47,455 bases of DNA from a virus (Duplodnaviria; Caudoviricetes), in IMG/VR virus record IMGVR_UViG_3300035659_000028, positions 1 to 47,455 of that record, one strand, 5' to 3'. This document shows positions 9,073 through 18,121 of this stretch, one piece after another; the stretch's first letter is position 1, and each line of letters begins with the position of its first letter. A program made the translations under genes and the position numbers. Under the pieces are notes generated by a model that had not been told where the DNA came from, searched no databases, and worked only from the letters and a program-made list of their open reading frames with translations.

Positions 9073-9263
9073 GGTTTTTCCTTTCTTTTGAGTTTTATGG
9101 AGATATTAACCCCGATGTCCGGGAGACGGTAAGTCTCTTCTTCCTCTCGTAATTCTATGTGACCTGTACTCCACTCCAGTATATCTTTCATGCGAAGTCC
9201 TTTTTGTCCTGTAATTATACGGGCCTCAGCCAATATCGCTGTCTCAAGTGCTCTCATGCTCAT
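9069..9263 (-). CDS. Hypothetical protein
   Basis: GAGG RBS, coupled overlaps. Confidence 0.55.
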   Translation of the reverse strand: MSMRALETAILAEARIITGQKGLRMKDILEWSTGHIELREEEETYRLPDIGVNISIKLKRKEKP

Positions 9264-9265
9264 GT

Positions 9266-10201
9266 TTATTCCCTCAATCTTCTTTCAGTCAACTCTATCT
9301 GGCTTTGGCGAATGTCAATCCCAATATATCCCCGGCCTAACCTTTTAGCTTCAGCGCACGTCGTGCCCGACCCCAAGAAGGGGTCAAGGACAGTTCCCCC
9401 CGGCGGACAGAATGACTTGACAAAGAACTCAGCCAATTTTTCGGGGAACGGCGCATCTGTCTCGTGGGCAAAATTTGATCCCATGTGACCTTTGCCCATT
9501 GCCCCACAATTAACTGTTACTCCGCAATCAAGAATATCCAAATAATCTCCAGGATTACATAAATTGGGGGGCACAAAGTCCTTTGGTAAATTAACTGGGT
9601 CGAAATAAACATGGGAAGGCTTTACAACATTTACCGTTTCCCCATCTTTACGACGATCTGTTTGTTTCCCTGTTCCACCCCATTGATTAACGCGGCTCCC
9701 ATCCTTTTTCCGATTAGAACAAGGCCCCCCCGGACCATATACCGGGACATGGCCACAAGCAATGTTATCCGACCACGGAAGTTTCCCCGGTGGTGTGACA
9801 CAGATGACATACTCGTGATTACACTTTAACCACTCTTTTCCGCCACTACCGGGCACACCAAATCGTTGGAAGATAACAGGTCGGCGTAGATTAAACCCTA
9901 CTCTATGTAAATCGGCCATAAGCAACACCGGAGTGCAGGACCATTTATACTGTCTGGTCTTGCCTTGCACCACAAACGCCACCAGTCCCTTGCACACGCG
10001 ACTTGACGCACGGAACACCTCTACCATCCAATCAACCCATTGTTGTCCCTTGAGATTGAAGTCGATGCCATACGTGCGCGCGTCTTCGTAGGGTGGTGAA
10101 CCAAACACCAAGTCAACTGAGTTGCCCGGCATCCCAACCATGACCTCGATACAATCCCCGCATATCAGGCGCTGTGTTAGTAGTCTTGGTCGTTGTATCA
10201 T
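9266..10201 (-). CDS. DNA amino-methyltransferase (N4-C/N6-A, beta class)
   Basis: GDC start, SPPY motif IV before VLDPFLGSGTT motif I. Confidence 0.92.
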   Translation of the reverse strand: MIQRPRLLTQRLICGDCIEVMVGMPGNSVDLVFGSPPYEDARTYGIDFNLKGQQWVDWMVEVFRASSRVCKGLVAFVVQGKTRQYKWSCTPVLLMADLHRVGFNLRRPVIFQRFGVPGSGGKEWLKCNHEYVICVTPPGKLPWSDNIACGHVPVYGPGGPCSNRKKDGSRVNQWGGTGKQTDRRKDGETVNVVKPSHVYFDPVNLPKDFVPPNLCNPGDYLDILDCGVTVNCGAMGKGHMGSNFAHETDAPFPEKLAEFFVKSFCPPGGTVLDPFLGSGTTCAEAKRLGRGYIGIDIRQSQIELTERRLRE

Positions 10202-10635
10202 ACCAGCCCTTGCATCATCTCAACAAGCTCTTCAACCCCGTGTACAACCAGATACACCCCACCAACCTCCCGCACGTCAACCATCCGCTTTTGTTGGATT
10301 GCGCTAAGTCTGCCTCCGAACCCGGCTTTGGTCTCGATCTCAAAGTGCCTTCCATCGAAGAGTATCCCTATAATGTCTCCAGCACCTTTGATCCCGTATG
10401 TAGCAAAACCATGTCCAAAGTCTCCCGCTCCGCAATCGTGGCGGTCGTGGAAGATGCGATGTTGTTTGAGCCACTGTCGGCACTCAGCCAGAACTCCGGC
10501 CTCCGGCAACCCCTTAACAGGTACAGTAGGATGAGTTGATATAGACCCATCTTTGGCCTTGACTTGCGGGCGAACCCCTGTCTTGGTTGCTTGGTAAGCT
10601 GTATGGGCTTCGTCCAGTTTTTGGCGTTTAGTCAC
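10198..10635 (-). CDS. VRR-NUC family endonuclease/resolvase
   Basis: E..V, GAGDII, IETK, LSAIQ. Confidence 0.85.
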   Translation of the reverse strand: MTKRQKLDEAHTAYQATKTGVRPQVKAKDGSISTHPTVPVKGLPEAGVLAECRQWLKQHRIFHDRHDCGAGDFGHGFATYGIKGAGDIIGILFDGRHFEIETKAGFGGRLSAIQQKRMVDVREVGGVYLVVHGVEELVEMMQGLV

Positions 10636-12569
10636 AGTGTTTCTCCTATCTTAATCTCAGTATCAACTGGCAACCCTTCAGCCCAAGCCGGGATTGTCCG
10701 CATGATAGCGGCTTGCCGCTCGGCAATCTCCTCGGCCTGGTCTTTGGGTAGAATAGAGCGGGTATCATCGTGGATATGCAAAGTAATAGGTATGCCAACT
10801 TTCTCGCACTCCAATATCCAATAGCCAAGTAAATCACGGGCTATGGCTTGGTCTATGTTCTCGGTGATCGACCCGCCCCATAGTGCCCCATCGTGATACT
10901 TGATAGAGTTTTTTTTGTCAAGTTTGGCGTGGCGATAATAGAGTACGCGCCCGGATGGAAGTTGAATATGAACAGTTGTTCCCTTGCAATAAAACTTAGT
11001 ACAACCGACTTTCGGTTCAAGATGGGGGAATCGCAGACATTGGCGAAACGCGCACTCTACATCACGCCAATACTCAGGTATTTTTGAGTACGTGGTACGA
11101 TATGTGTCAATGAGTTTTTTGACAAACATAAAGTCATATTGCCCAGAGTCGAACAACGGGCGAAGCGTTGGGTTTGAGAGGCAATTATCATAGAATCGGG
11201 TAGCGCCCATTCCATAACCTGCACCAAGTATGGTATCTTTTCCAAACCCACGCCTGATTTTCAACATAATGTAAAGTGGCTTGGGGTCAGTCTTGCGAGG
11301 GCTACGTACTGGATGCCGAAACAATCCAGTGGCAAATTGTGAATACACATCCTCACCTTTAGCGAAACCGTCAAGTAGGTCTTGTTGACCCGCAAGCCAA
11401 GCCAATAACCGAGCTTCAATTTGTTTTGAATCCACTGTACACACTACGTAGCCAACAGGGGGTTTGATTAAAGTATGAATTTCTTGCATTAACGGGTCGT
11501 TTTCTTGGCCGCTTCTTCCCTCGCCCGCCATGTTTTGTAAGTTAATACCCTCTCCACCAGACCAGCGCCCAGTGTGGCCCCCATAGTAATTAAGCGGTAC
11601 TCTGAGTGTTCCGTTGTTGGCCTTAACTTGAGCAACCAAACTTGTTATGCGTTTGATATGAGTAGGCCACGATTTTACTGCAAGCCTTGCCACTATAAGG
11701 TCTCGCACTTCTTTTTTCGGATGTACGAATAATTGTTGACACGCTTCATCTGTTTTGGAAAGGGCTGGGATGTTGCCGCGTTTGCCTTCTTTCATGGGTA
11801 CTTTTTCGCCATCAGGCAAAACGTCATCGAGGTATTGAGAGAATTTTTTGCTTCGTAGTTCTTTTGGAGTGTGGCCTGAATCTTGTACAACTTTAGCTAT
11901 CTTAGTTCGCATTTGGACTTTGAGTTTAGGCGCGGTTTCAGTATCAATGACAAATCGTTTGTGTAACCAAAGATCAAGCGTATGCCGGGCAAGTTGAAGT
12001 TCAATTTCAGGATTGGTCAACTTGGGGAGTAGGATTTTAGCCAAATCCGTTTCAAGTTCTACGTCATTGATAGCGTATTCTCGCAAAGCTTGTTGCTGTT
12101 CCGGCGTCATTGTAACCCAATGTAGCCCCTTGAAATTCATGGTCTCGCCTTTGGGTTTTAAGTTGAACTCCTTGGCCATATCTTTGAGTCTGTGGGACAT
12201 TCGAGAATCATAATGAGAGGCCAAGTCTTTGAGGTCTATAATGTATTTTGGAATGATACCAAATTTTTCTTGTAGGATGGTAATGTCAAACCGGGCATTT
12301 TGGATTAGCCAAGTTGCATCATCAATCCAGTTTACTTCCATAGCACCGACGGCTTCTATAACTTGTTTCACCCCACCTTCAAAGTAAACCTCATCTGAAT
12401 CAGGCCACATCCAACCAACACCTGTCAACTCAAACCGAGGATCGTTTATGTACTCTATCGTGGACATTTTGGACAGACTGTATTCGTTATCAAAGTACGT
12501 CTCAAAATCGACCACCAAGATGTCTTTAGGATAACCAGCTTGTTCAAGGATAGACCGATAATCAGACAT
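10632..12569 (-). CDS. polA: DNA polymerase family A with 3'-5' exonuclease
   Basis: DFETY ExoI, YAINDV ExoIII, TGRWS/NLQN, DSKQIEAR motif A, RRGFGKDTILGAGYG motif B, IHDD motif C. Confidence 0.95.
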   Translation of the reverse strand: MSDYRSILEQAGYPKDILVVDFETYFDNEYSLSKMSTIEYINDPRFELTGVGWMWPDSDEVYFEGGVKQVIEAVGAMEVNWIDDATWLIQNARFDITILQEKFGIIPKYIIDLKDLASHYDSRMSHRLKDMAKEFNLKPKGETMNFKGLHWVTMTPEQQQALREYAINDVELETDLAKILLPKLTNPEIELQLARHTLDLWLHKRFVIDTETAPKLKVQMRTKIAKVVQDSGHTPKELRSKKFSQYLDDVLPDGEKVPMKEGKRGNIPALSKTDEACQQLFVHPKKEVRDLIVARLAVKSWPTHIKRITSLVAQVKANNGTLRVPLNYYGGHTGRWSGGEGINLQNMAGEGRSGQENDPLMQEIHTLIKPPVGYVVCTVDSKQIEARLLAWLAGQQDLLDGFAKGEDVYSQFATGLFRHPVRSPRKTDPKPLYIMLKIRRGFGKDTILGAGYGMGATRFYDNCLSNPTLRPLFDSGQYDFMFVKKLIDTYRTTYSKIPEYWRDVECAFRQCLRFPHLEPKVGCTKFYCKGTTVHIQLPSGRVLYYRHAKLDKKNSIKYHDGALWGGSITENIDQAIARDLLGYWILECEKVGIPITLHIHDDTRSILPKDQAEEIAERQAAIMRTIPAWAEGLPVDTEIKIGETL

Positions 12570-12750
12570 TGGTTTTTGTCATCCTGTCATATCGCTGTTT
12601 CCAATATCCAACTTCTTTCTCAGCCAACGATTTCGTTAACGGCGTTTCGAGTTGGGCCTGAGCCTGGTTGTGTTTGGTTAAGCAACACAATTTGAATTTC
12701 TTACCCGATTTACACGGGCACGGCTCGTTACGATATTTTCCAAGGCCCAT
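12562..12750 (-). CDS. SEC-C motif Zn-binding protein
   Basis: RNEPCPCKSGKKFKLCC. Confidence 0.85.
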   Translation of the reverse strand: MGLGKYRNEPCPCKSGKKFKLCCLTKHNQAQAQLETPLTKSLAEKEVGYWKQRYDRMTKTNV

Positions 12751-12923
12751 TATAGTTTCTTCCTCCTATCAGTTTCGGTCTTCAACTTGGCGGTGAGCGC
12801 TATTCCTATCTGTTCAGCGTTGACAAGCCCCCATTCAGCCACCAAACGGTTAAACATAACCTGAGCTGCGTTGCCGGCTGTAAGACCAGTTATAGGGCGG
12901 CGTACTGGGATTAGACCAGACAT
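12750..12923 (-). CDS. 57-aa hypothetical (below ORF-track cutoff)
   Basis: MSGLIPVRRP...RRKKL; GGAG RBS; fills the gap with TAATG coupling. Confidence 0.55.
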   Translation of the reverse strand: MSGLIPVRRPITGLTAGNAAQVMFNRLVAEWGLVNAEQIGIALTAKLKTETDRRKKL

Positions 12924-12929
12924 TGAACG

Positions 12930-14078
12930 TCACTCCAAAATAATCGGGAACCTTGCTGTTGCCCCGTAACGGGGGTGGATAATCTCGAACGCCTGAGACG
13001 GTCGTTGGAACCGCGCCTTGATCTTGATTGAGTATTCGTTGAATCCTATAAGCGATCCTACCATCCGGTAGTCCTCCCCTGTTAGGTCTGTATGGTAGTG
13101 CCCGAAGTAATTCAAATCAGCCCGTGTCGATGTATTCCAGTTGTCAATTGCCTTCCGTAACGGAATATGGACCCCACCTACGCCACCTGAGTATCGGATA
13201 TTATCCCCATGAGCAAGACGGATAACATATTGGTACACTTTCAGATATGTCATATCCCCCTGGGGTAGGAGAAATCGAATCTGTTTGTTGCCGCGAGCCT
13301 CAAACCACCGGGCCACGAGTTGATATATCAACCAGTCCAGATTAGTCTCTACCCGTTTTTTGGACATGATTTTCTTAGTGATTCGCCCGTGATTTCCGCA
13401 TACACAAGGCACAATTATCTCTTTGGCTTTCGTCTCTTTAGCCAGGAAATCCAGTCCAGATACCAAATCCTCGAATACACGAAGAACAGCTTGCGGGGGA
13501 GTCAAATTGTTTGTGGCTACATATTCATCATGTATCCAGTTGTTAATCATATCTCCCAGGAGCATTACGATAACTGTGTCTATCTTGCTCCTTGATCGGC
13601 ACATATCAACAAGGCTTGCTGCGCTCTGGAATAACCTGACCGTTCTCCGCCGGGCTATATCCAGATTAAATTCATTTACTCCGTTCACTTCTACAGCAGT
13701 AACTTGTTCCTCATAGTGCCAGTCACCTATACCGATCATAGCTGTAGCCTCACCTTTGCCTCCGTGTTTGGGTTGGATTACTACTGGTTGGAAATTCCGT
13801 GACCAATCTGATACCGTTGTGAAAAGAGACAATTCCTTGTTGAGTTTGTCTATCTCTACCAATGCAACCTTGTACTTGGCCGCTACCTCTTGACTTTCTC
13901 GTCTGTGATATTCAGCAGTAGTATCCTCCGGCAAAGTTAGCGTGGCCCGAACATTGGCTACAGTTCCTTCTGATACCTCACAGTCCTTTGCGATTTTACG
14001 TCTGGATTCCCCTTTCAAAAGGGCCATTTCAATCAATCGCCGCGTAGTATTTTGTAGTTTAGGCGTAGGCATTAACAT
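12930..14078 (-). CDS. Calcineurin-like metallophosphoesterase with N-terminal HTH
   Basis: GDWH, GDMIN, GNHG, HGD, GHYH motifs; SRRKIAKDCEVSEGTV HTH. Confidence 0.88.
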   Translation of the reverse strand: MLMPTPKLQNTTRRLIEMALLKGESRRKIAKDCEVSEGTVANVRATLTLPEDTTAEYHRRESQEVAAKYKVALVEIDKLNKELSLFTTVSDWSRNFQPVVIQPKHGGKGEATAMIGIGDWHYEEQVTAVEVNGVNEFNLDIARRRTVRLFQSAASLVDMCRSRSKIDTVIVMLLGDMINNWIHDEYVATNNLTPPQAVLRVFEDLVSGLDFLAKETKAKEIIVPCVCGNHGRITKKIMSKKRVETNLDWLIYQLVARWFEARGNKQIRFLLPQGDMTYLKVYQYVIRLAHGDNIRYSGGVGGVHIPLRKAIDNWNTSTRADLNYFGHYHTDLTGEDYRMVGSLIGFNEYSIKIKARFQRPSQAFEIIHPRYGATARFPIILE

Positions 14079-14599
14079 TTCTCCAAATTGTTCTTAACAA
14101 CCTCAAGTGTATCATCTGCCCAACTACGTAATTCATTCCAAGGGCGAGGGACCAGTATTCCCATTCCTCCAGCAGCCACAAACTCAGATACGTTTTCGTC
14201 TTTGTCGTCGATTAGGAGACAATCAGGTCCGGCTAAAATGTGCTTGGAAGCTTGCGTAATGATAGTTCGTTTGGCATATCGGGGCAAGTGTTTTTCTATC
14301 CACAATATCTTACCTGTTCCTGATCCTGGATGGGGCATTGGGGTTGTAAGAAGATATATGTTACCAAACCTCGATGCTATTTCGTCGAGAATTTGCTTAC
14401 CATCGTGCATCCATTCGAGGTTAGCCCAAAAATTTATGTCACAAACGGCGTTAAATTTCTCAAAGCTAATCCCAAAATACTTGTAATAACACCATTCATT
14501 CAATGCCGGGTGATGATAATCATAGTTCAACCCAAATGCCTCGAACGTGCCTTTATTGAAATTAACCAACACCCCGTCCATATCGAGAAAAACTCTCAT
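14072..14599 (-). CDS. HAD 5'(3')-deoxyribonucleotidase (NT5C-like)
   Basis: FLDMDGVL motif I, K..W, LIDD motif IV, PWN. Confidence 0.9.
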   Translation of the reverse strand: MRVFLDMDGVLVNFNKGTFEAFGLNYDYHHPALNEWCYYKYFGISFEKFNAVCDINFWANLEWMHDGKQILDEIASRFGNIYLLTTPMPHPGSGTGKILWIEKHLPRYAKRTIITQASKHILAGPDCLLIDDKDENVSEFVAAGGMGILVPRPWNELRSWADDTLEVVKNNLEKC

Positions 14600-14781
14600 T
14601 GTTTATCTCCAAAAATTGCGATTGCAACTAATAAAGGTACGAGAAAAATACAAACTAAGCCCCATAAAGCAAACCCTTCTGTTGCGCTCATCTCATCGGC
14701 CTCCCAAAAATCAATAACTGAACAATCCCCAACAGGATCGAAGTTATTCCAGTTCTCCAATTCCGGGTTAAGCAATCGCAC
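14596..14781 (-). CDS. Small membrane protein
   Basis: C-terminal hydrophobic helix; start uncertain. Confidence 0.4.
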   Translation of the reverse strand: MRLLNPELENWNNFDPVGDCSVIDFWEADEMSATEGFALWGLVCIFLVPLLVAIAIFGDKQ

Positions 14782-14836
14782 ATCCCAAGTCCGAAAAAAG
14801 ATAGTACCATAACCACCATAAAGATTGTCCGTAACA

Positions 14837-15682
14837 TCAATATCCTCCTGGAATCAGTTTAGTACGGTCAACAGGTTCAATTTGTTTCACTTTATCCTTG
14901 AGTATTTCATGTAACCGCCCCATGATATTGAACAACTGGGCGCATAAAACATCCTCGATTTCAACTGGGCCATGATTATCCTCAGCAACATAACCCTCTG
15001 TCAATAACCAAGCGTCCATGAAGTGCCGCCCATTGCTACTATGGTATGTCTCTTGGGGAATCCCTTTCTTCCAATTGTCGAACTCTCGATAATTGCCATC
15101 AGACTGTAGCCTATGTTTGTCAAGATATTGTACGTACCGACGTAAGACAATGGGTGACAACGCTTTGACATAGTCCAATTTGCCCTGGACCGTATCGCGC
15201 GTGGCTCCTGTAGCAAACTCTCGAATAGCCATCACCGTTGGGTTGAGAACCAGTGATATTGAGGGTTCTTCTTTTACTTGCGCTTCACCACAGGCCCATG
15301 CTTCGCCGCAGACCCGCGCTTCACCACAGGCCCATGCTTCGCCGCAGACCCGCGCTTCACCACAGACCAGTGCTTTGCCATAGACCCGCGCTTCACCATA
15401 GACCCGCGCTTCACCATAGACCCGCGCTTCACCACAGACCCGTGCTTCACCATAGACCAGTGCTTTGCCATAGACCCGTGCTTCACCATAGACCAGTGCT
15501 TTGCCACAGACCACTGCTTCACCATAGACCCGTGCTTTGTCATAGACCATTGCTTCACCATAGACCAGTGCTGAATCCGCTACATAAGCAGTGTCTTGTA
15601 CCCATCCTCCTCCATTGGAATGTTCGTGCCACTCGCTCAGTTTTGCGTCCGGGAATATATTCGTAACTATCTTAAAACTCAT
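14837..15682 (-). CDS. Hexapeptide-repeat domain fused to dATP/dGTP diphosphohydrolase-like (DUF5664-type) domain
   Basis: (GEARVY)n repeats then FATGATRD..GKLDY...DNWKKGIP...RH...A.LFN. Confidence 0.75.
   Translation of the reverse strand: MSFKIVTNIFPDAKLSEWHEHSNGGGWVQDTAYVADSALVYGEAMVYDKARVYGEAVVCGKALVYGEARVYGKALVYGEARVCGEARVYGEARVYGEARVYGKALVCGEARVCGEAWACGEARVCGEAWACGEAQVKEEPSISLVLNPTVMAIREFATGATRDTVQGKLDYVKALSPIVLRRYVQYLDKHRLQSDGNYREFDNWKKGIPQETYHSSNGRHFMDAWLLTEGYVAEDNHGPVEIEDVLCAQLFNIMGRLHEILKDKVKQIEPVDRTKLIPGGY
15280..15572 (-). repeat. 18-bp-period tandem repeat encoding G(E/K)A(R/L/W)(V/A)(Y/C)
   Basis: Repeated CTTCACCATAGACC-type units. Confidence 0.95.
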
Positions 15683-17571
15683 CTCACACCTCCTAAACTA
15701 AGGTTGTTACCGTACTTGATTCGCATCATTTCTTCAACCCCACTCCCCGCTTGTCCGGCTTGGGTTATCTTGCGCGCTTCCAGAATCAAATCATAGTCGT
15801 TTACCAAACTCGCAAACTTCAAATCAGGCAGCCCATGTTGGCGAACGCTAAACAGTTCACCTGGGCCACGTAACCGAAGGTCATGTTCAGCTATTTCAAA
15901 GCCATCGTTGCACTGTTCAATAACCTCAAGCCGGGCTATGGAATCTTGGTTTGCAGTCTCAGCCATAAGAAAATAATATGCTGTACCTTTGGCGCGGCAT
16001 ATCCGTCCGCGTAACTGATGAAGTTGCGACAACCCGAAGCGGTCGGCTCCTTCAACGATCATTACCGTAGCATTACTGCAATCAAGACCAACTTCGGCTA
16101 TGATCGTGCTAACCAGAATATCAATGTCCCCCTTCAAAAATCGCTGGATAATAGCAGTTTTATCCTTTGATTTTCCAGTAAGTAGGACTATACAATAATC
16201 GCGGAACCTCTGGCAAATTATGCCATAACCATTGACCGCTGATTGTTCCTGTTCGTCATCTCCTATGCGGGGATAGATAACATAAGCTTGTCTGCCTTTG
16301 GCCAATTCCCTCTCAACAATTTCGTACATTGCTTCTCGTTTTTCAGAAAGAACCTGGCGCGTAATCACCGGACCACGCGCAACAGGTTGCTCTCTGATTT
16401 CGGAAATCTCCAAGTCCGCAAAAACGGAGGCTGCGAGGGTGCGGGGTATTGGAGTCGCCGATACGAGGAGGAGGTGAGAGGATTTGCGTATCTTAGATTT
16501 TTGGATCACTCCAAATTTTTGTACTTCGTCAACACAAACCAAAACAGCGGAAGAAAGTATTGATTCATCGTTTAGAATTGCGTGTGTGCCAACAGTAATT
16601 AGCGCTCCATTATCTTGCCCGCTTTTAGTTGTTAGTTGTAAATCAGACCACTCCATGTTTTTGAGAGTATCAAAATGTTGCTGGGCTAAGATAGACGTAG
16701 GGGCCAGAATTACCGCCCGATAGCCTTGAAGTGCGCAACCAATCGCTGTATAAAATACGACCGCTGTTTTTCCAGAACCAACCTCGCCATGAAGCAATCT
16801 TTGCATCGGCTTCCCGCTTGCAAGATCGCGCCTAATATCCTTTACAGCTTGCTCCTGTTCTTGAGTAAAAGAATATGGAAAATAGGATTTTATCTTTCTG
16901 TCGATGTCCAAACCCCACGTTACTGGCTGTGAAAGTTGACTTTGACGACTCTTCCGTCGTTCAGCCATAGCAAGTTGATAACACAATGCCTCGTCAAACT
17001 TGAGACGAGTCAAAGCCTGTTGCTGGCTCTCTTTTGACACAGGGAAGTGAAGCGCATCAAACACCATAGCCCTGTCAAACCCATCTACCATAGGCGGCAA
17101 CTCCACGTTAGCCAAAACCTCCTTGAGCGCCGCCCGGATCGTTTCATTGTGTACCCCATAAAACCCGCCCGCAATATCAGACCAATTTGGCTGAGTAGTG
17201 GTGAAGCGCGGTTGTTGAAGCGCGCCATTATGAAATTTGCCCCAAAACGTCACCACCATACCCGGTTGAAGGTGCTGAACAACAAACTGTTGGTTGTACC
17301 AAACAGCTTTACATTGGCCAGTCCCGTCATTCAAAAGTGCTTCGACTATAGGCACGCGCGTTGGCAAACGACTAAGTCTCATTATCTTGGCCCAGACAAC
17401 AACGTACCCTTCTTTAGTGTCTGCAATACTGGTAGTACCTGGGTAGATATAGTGAAGCGGTTGATACTCAAGCAAGTTGCCTATTGTCTCGATACCCATT
17501 CTTTCAAGTTCTTTGGCGCGGGCTGGTCCTATGCCCTTGACGTACTTTATTGATTGATTCCAATTATACAT
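15679..17571 (-). CDS. recG: ATP-dependent DNA helicase RecG
   Basis: KGIGP N-terminus, OB wedge, PMQRLLHGEVGSGKT, DEVQ, SATPIPRTLA, RFGLSQLHQLRGR, TRG motif DLRLRGPGE. Confidence 0.95.
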   Translation of the reverse strand: MYNWNQSIKYVKGIGPARAKELERMGIETIGNLLEYQPLHYIYPGTTSIADTKEGYVVVWAKIMRLSRLPTRVPIVEALLNDGTGQCKAVWYNQQFVVQHLQPGMVVTFWGKFHNGALQQPRFTTTQPNWSDIAGGFYGVHNETIRAALKEVLANVELPPMVDGFDRAMVFDALHFPVSKESQQQALTRLKFDEALCYQLAMAERRKSRQSQLSQPVTWGLDIDRKIKSYFPYSFTQEQEQAVKDIRRDLASGKPMQRLLHGEVGSGKTAVVFYTAIGCALQGYRAVILAPTSILAQQHFDTLKNMEWSDLQLTTKSGQDNGALITVGTHAILNDESILSSAVLVCVDEVQKFGVIQKSKIRKSSHLLLVSATPIPRTLAASVFADLEISEIREQPVARGPVITRQVLSEKREAMYEIVERELAKGRQAYVIYPRIGDDEQEQSAVNGYGIICQRFRDYCIVLLTGKSKDKTAIIQRFLKGDIDILVSTIIAEVGLDCSNATVMIVEGADRFGLSQLHQLRGRICRAKGTAYYFLMAETANQDSIARLEVIEQCNDGFEIAEHDLRLRGPGELFSVRQHGLPDLKFASLVNDYDLILEARKITQAGQAGSGVEEMMRIKYGNNLSLGGVR

Positions 17572-17589
17572 TAGAACCTATCCTTACCA

Positions 17590-17705
17590 AAATAAAACGC
17601 GGGCAAGTGCTGGTTGCGCTTTTCCGGTCTCCCAGCTTGACCATCATCTGGACCTGAATCTTGCTTACCAGCGCATCGGGTCAACTGCGCCGCCGCCGTC
17701 TCGTG
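17590..17705 (-). ncRNA. Candidate structured intergenic RNA upstream of recG
   Basis: GC-rich intergenic with several complementary segments and terminal U-tract. Confidence 0.25.
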
Positions 17706-17711
17706 GAATTG

Positions 17712-18083
17712 TCAAAATTTCTCTCTCACTAACGCATCATGCGCAATCGGGTCATATCTCTCAGCAGTCATACTGAACAAAAACCCATGCTTGCGCAAAA
17801 GCTCTACCTCTTTTTTGAGCGAAGCAAGCGTGATGCCCAACGACGTGCACATTACAGCCCGGCTCACATGCTGGTCATACAATGCCAAAACAGCCCTTTG
17901 CCTGGGGTCAAGTATGGGGAACATCTGCGGAGCCTTGCGTTTAGTTGACCTGAGTAGGGCCTTGACTTCTTTGACGGTTATGCCCATTATACCAGCTGTA
18001 TCATCTATAGGGAATCCCTTAAACTCATGGTGACACAACCGTATGGCTTGTTCTTCTTGCTCGGTGATTATTCGTTGTTCCAT
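17712..18083 (-). CDS. Tandem HTH (sigma70 region-4-like) transcription regulator
   Basis: ITEQEEQAIRL...TAGIMGIT and LDPRQRAVLAL...SLGIT; GGAG RBS. Confidence 0.65.
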   Translation of the reverse strand: MEQRIITEQEEQAIRLCHHEFKGFPIDDTAGIMGITVKEVKALLRSTKRKAPQMFPILDPRQRAVLALYDQHVSRAVMCTSLGITLASLKKEVELLRKHGFLFSMTAERYDPIAHDALVREKF

Positions 18084-18089
18084 TGCAAT

Positions 18090-18114
18090 CTCCATTATAC
18101 GTAGATTGGCTACT
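18090..18114 (-). promoter_or_regulatory. Conserved box AGTAGCCAATCTACGTATAATGGAG, copy 1
   Basis: 25/25 identical to 23410-23434 (opposite strand). Confidence 0.8.
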
Positions 18115-18121
18115 TTTTGAG

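Noticed and set aside
15180-15666. Overlapping repetitive ORFs on other frames and strand
   Set aside because: Shadows of the 18-bp repeat; no RBS support
10632-15682. Z-genome (2-aminoadenine) pathway
   Set aside because: dNTP hydrolase and PolA are present but no PurZ/adenylosuccinate-synthetase-like ORF
17615-17680. Hammerhead ribozyme (CAGATGA...GAAA on minus strand)
   Set aside because: Core reads CAGAUGA not CUGANGA, and there is no valid UH cleavage site
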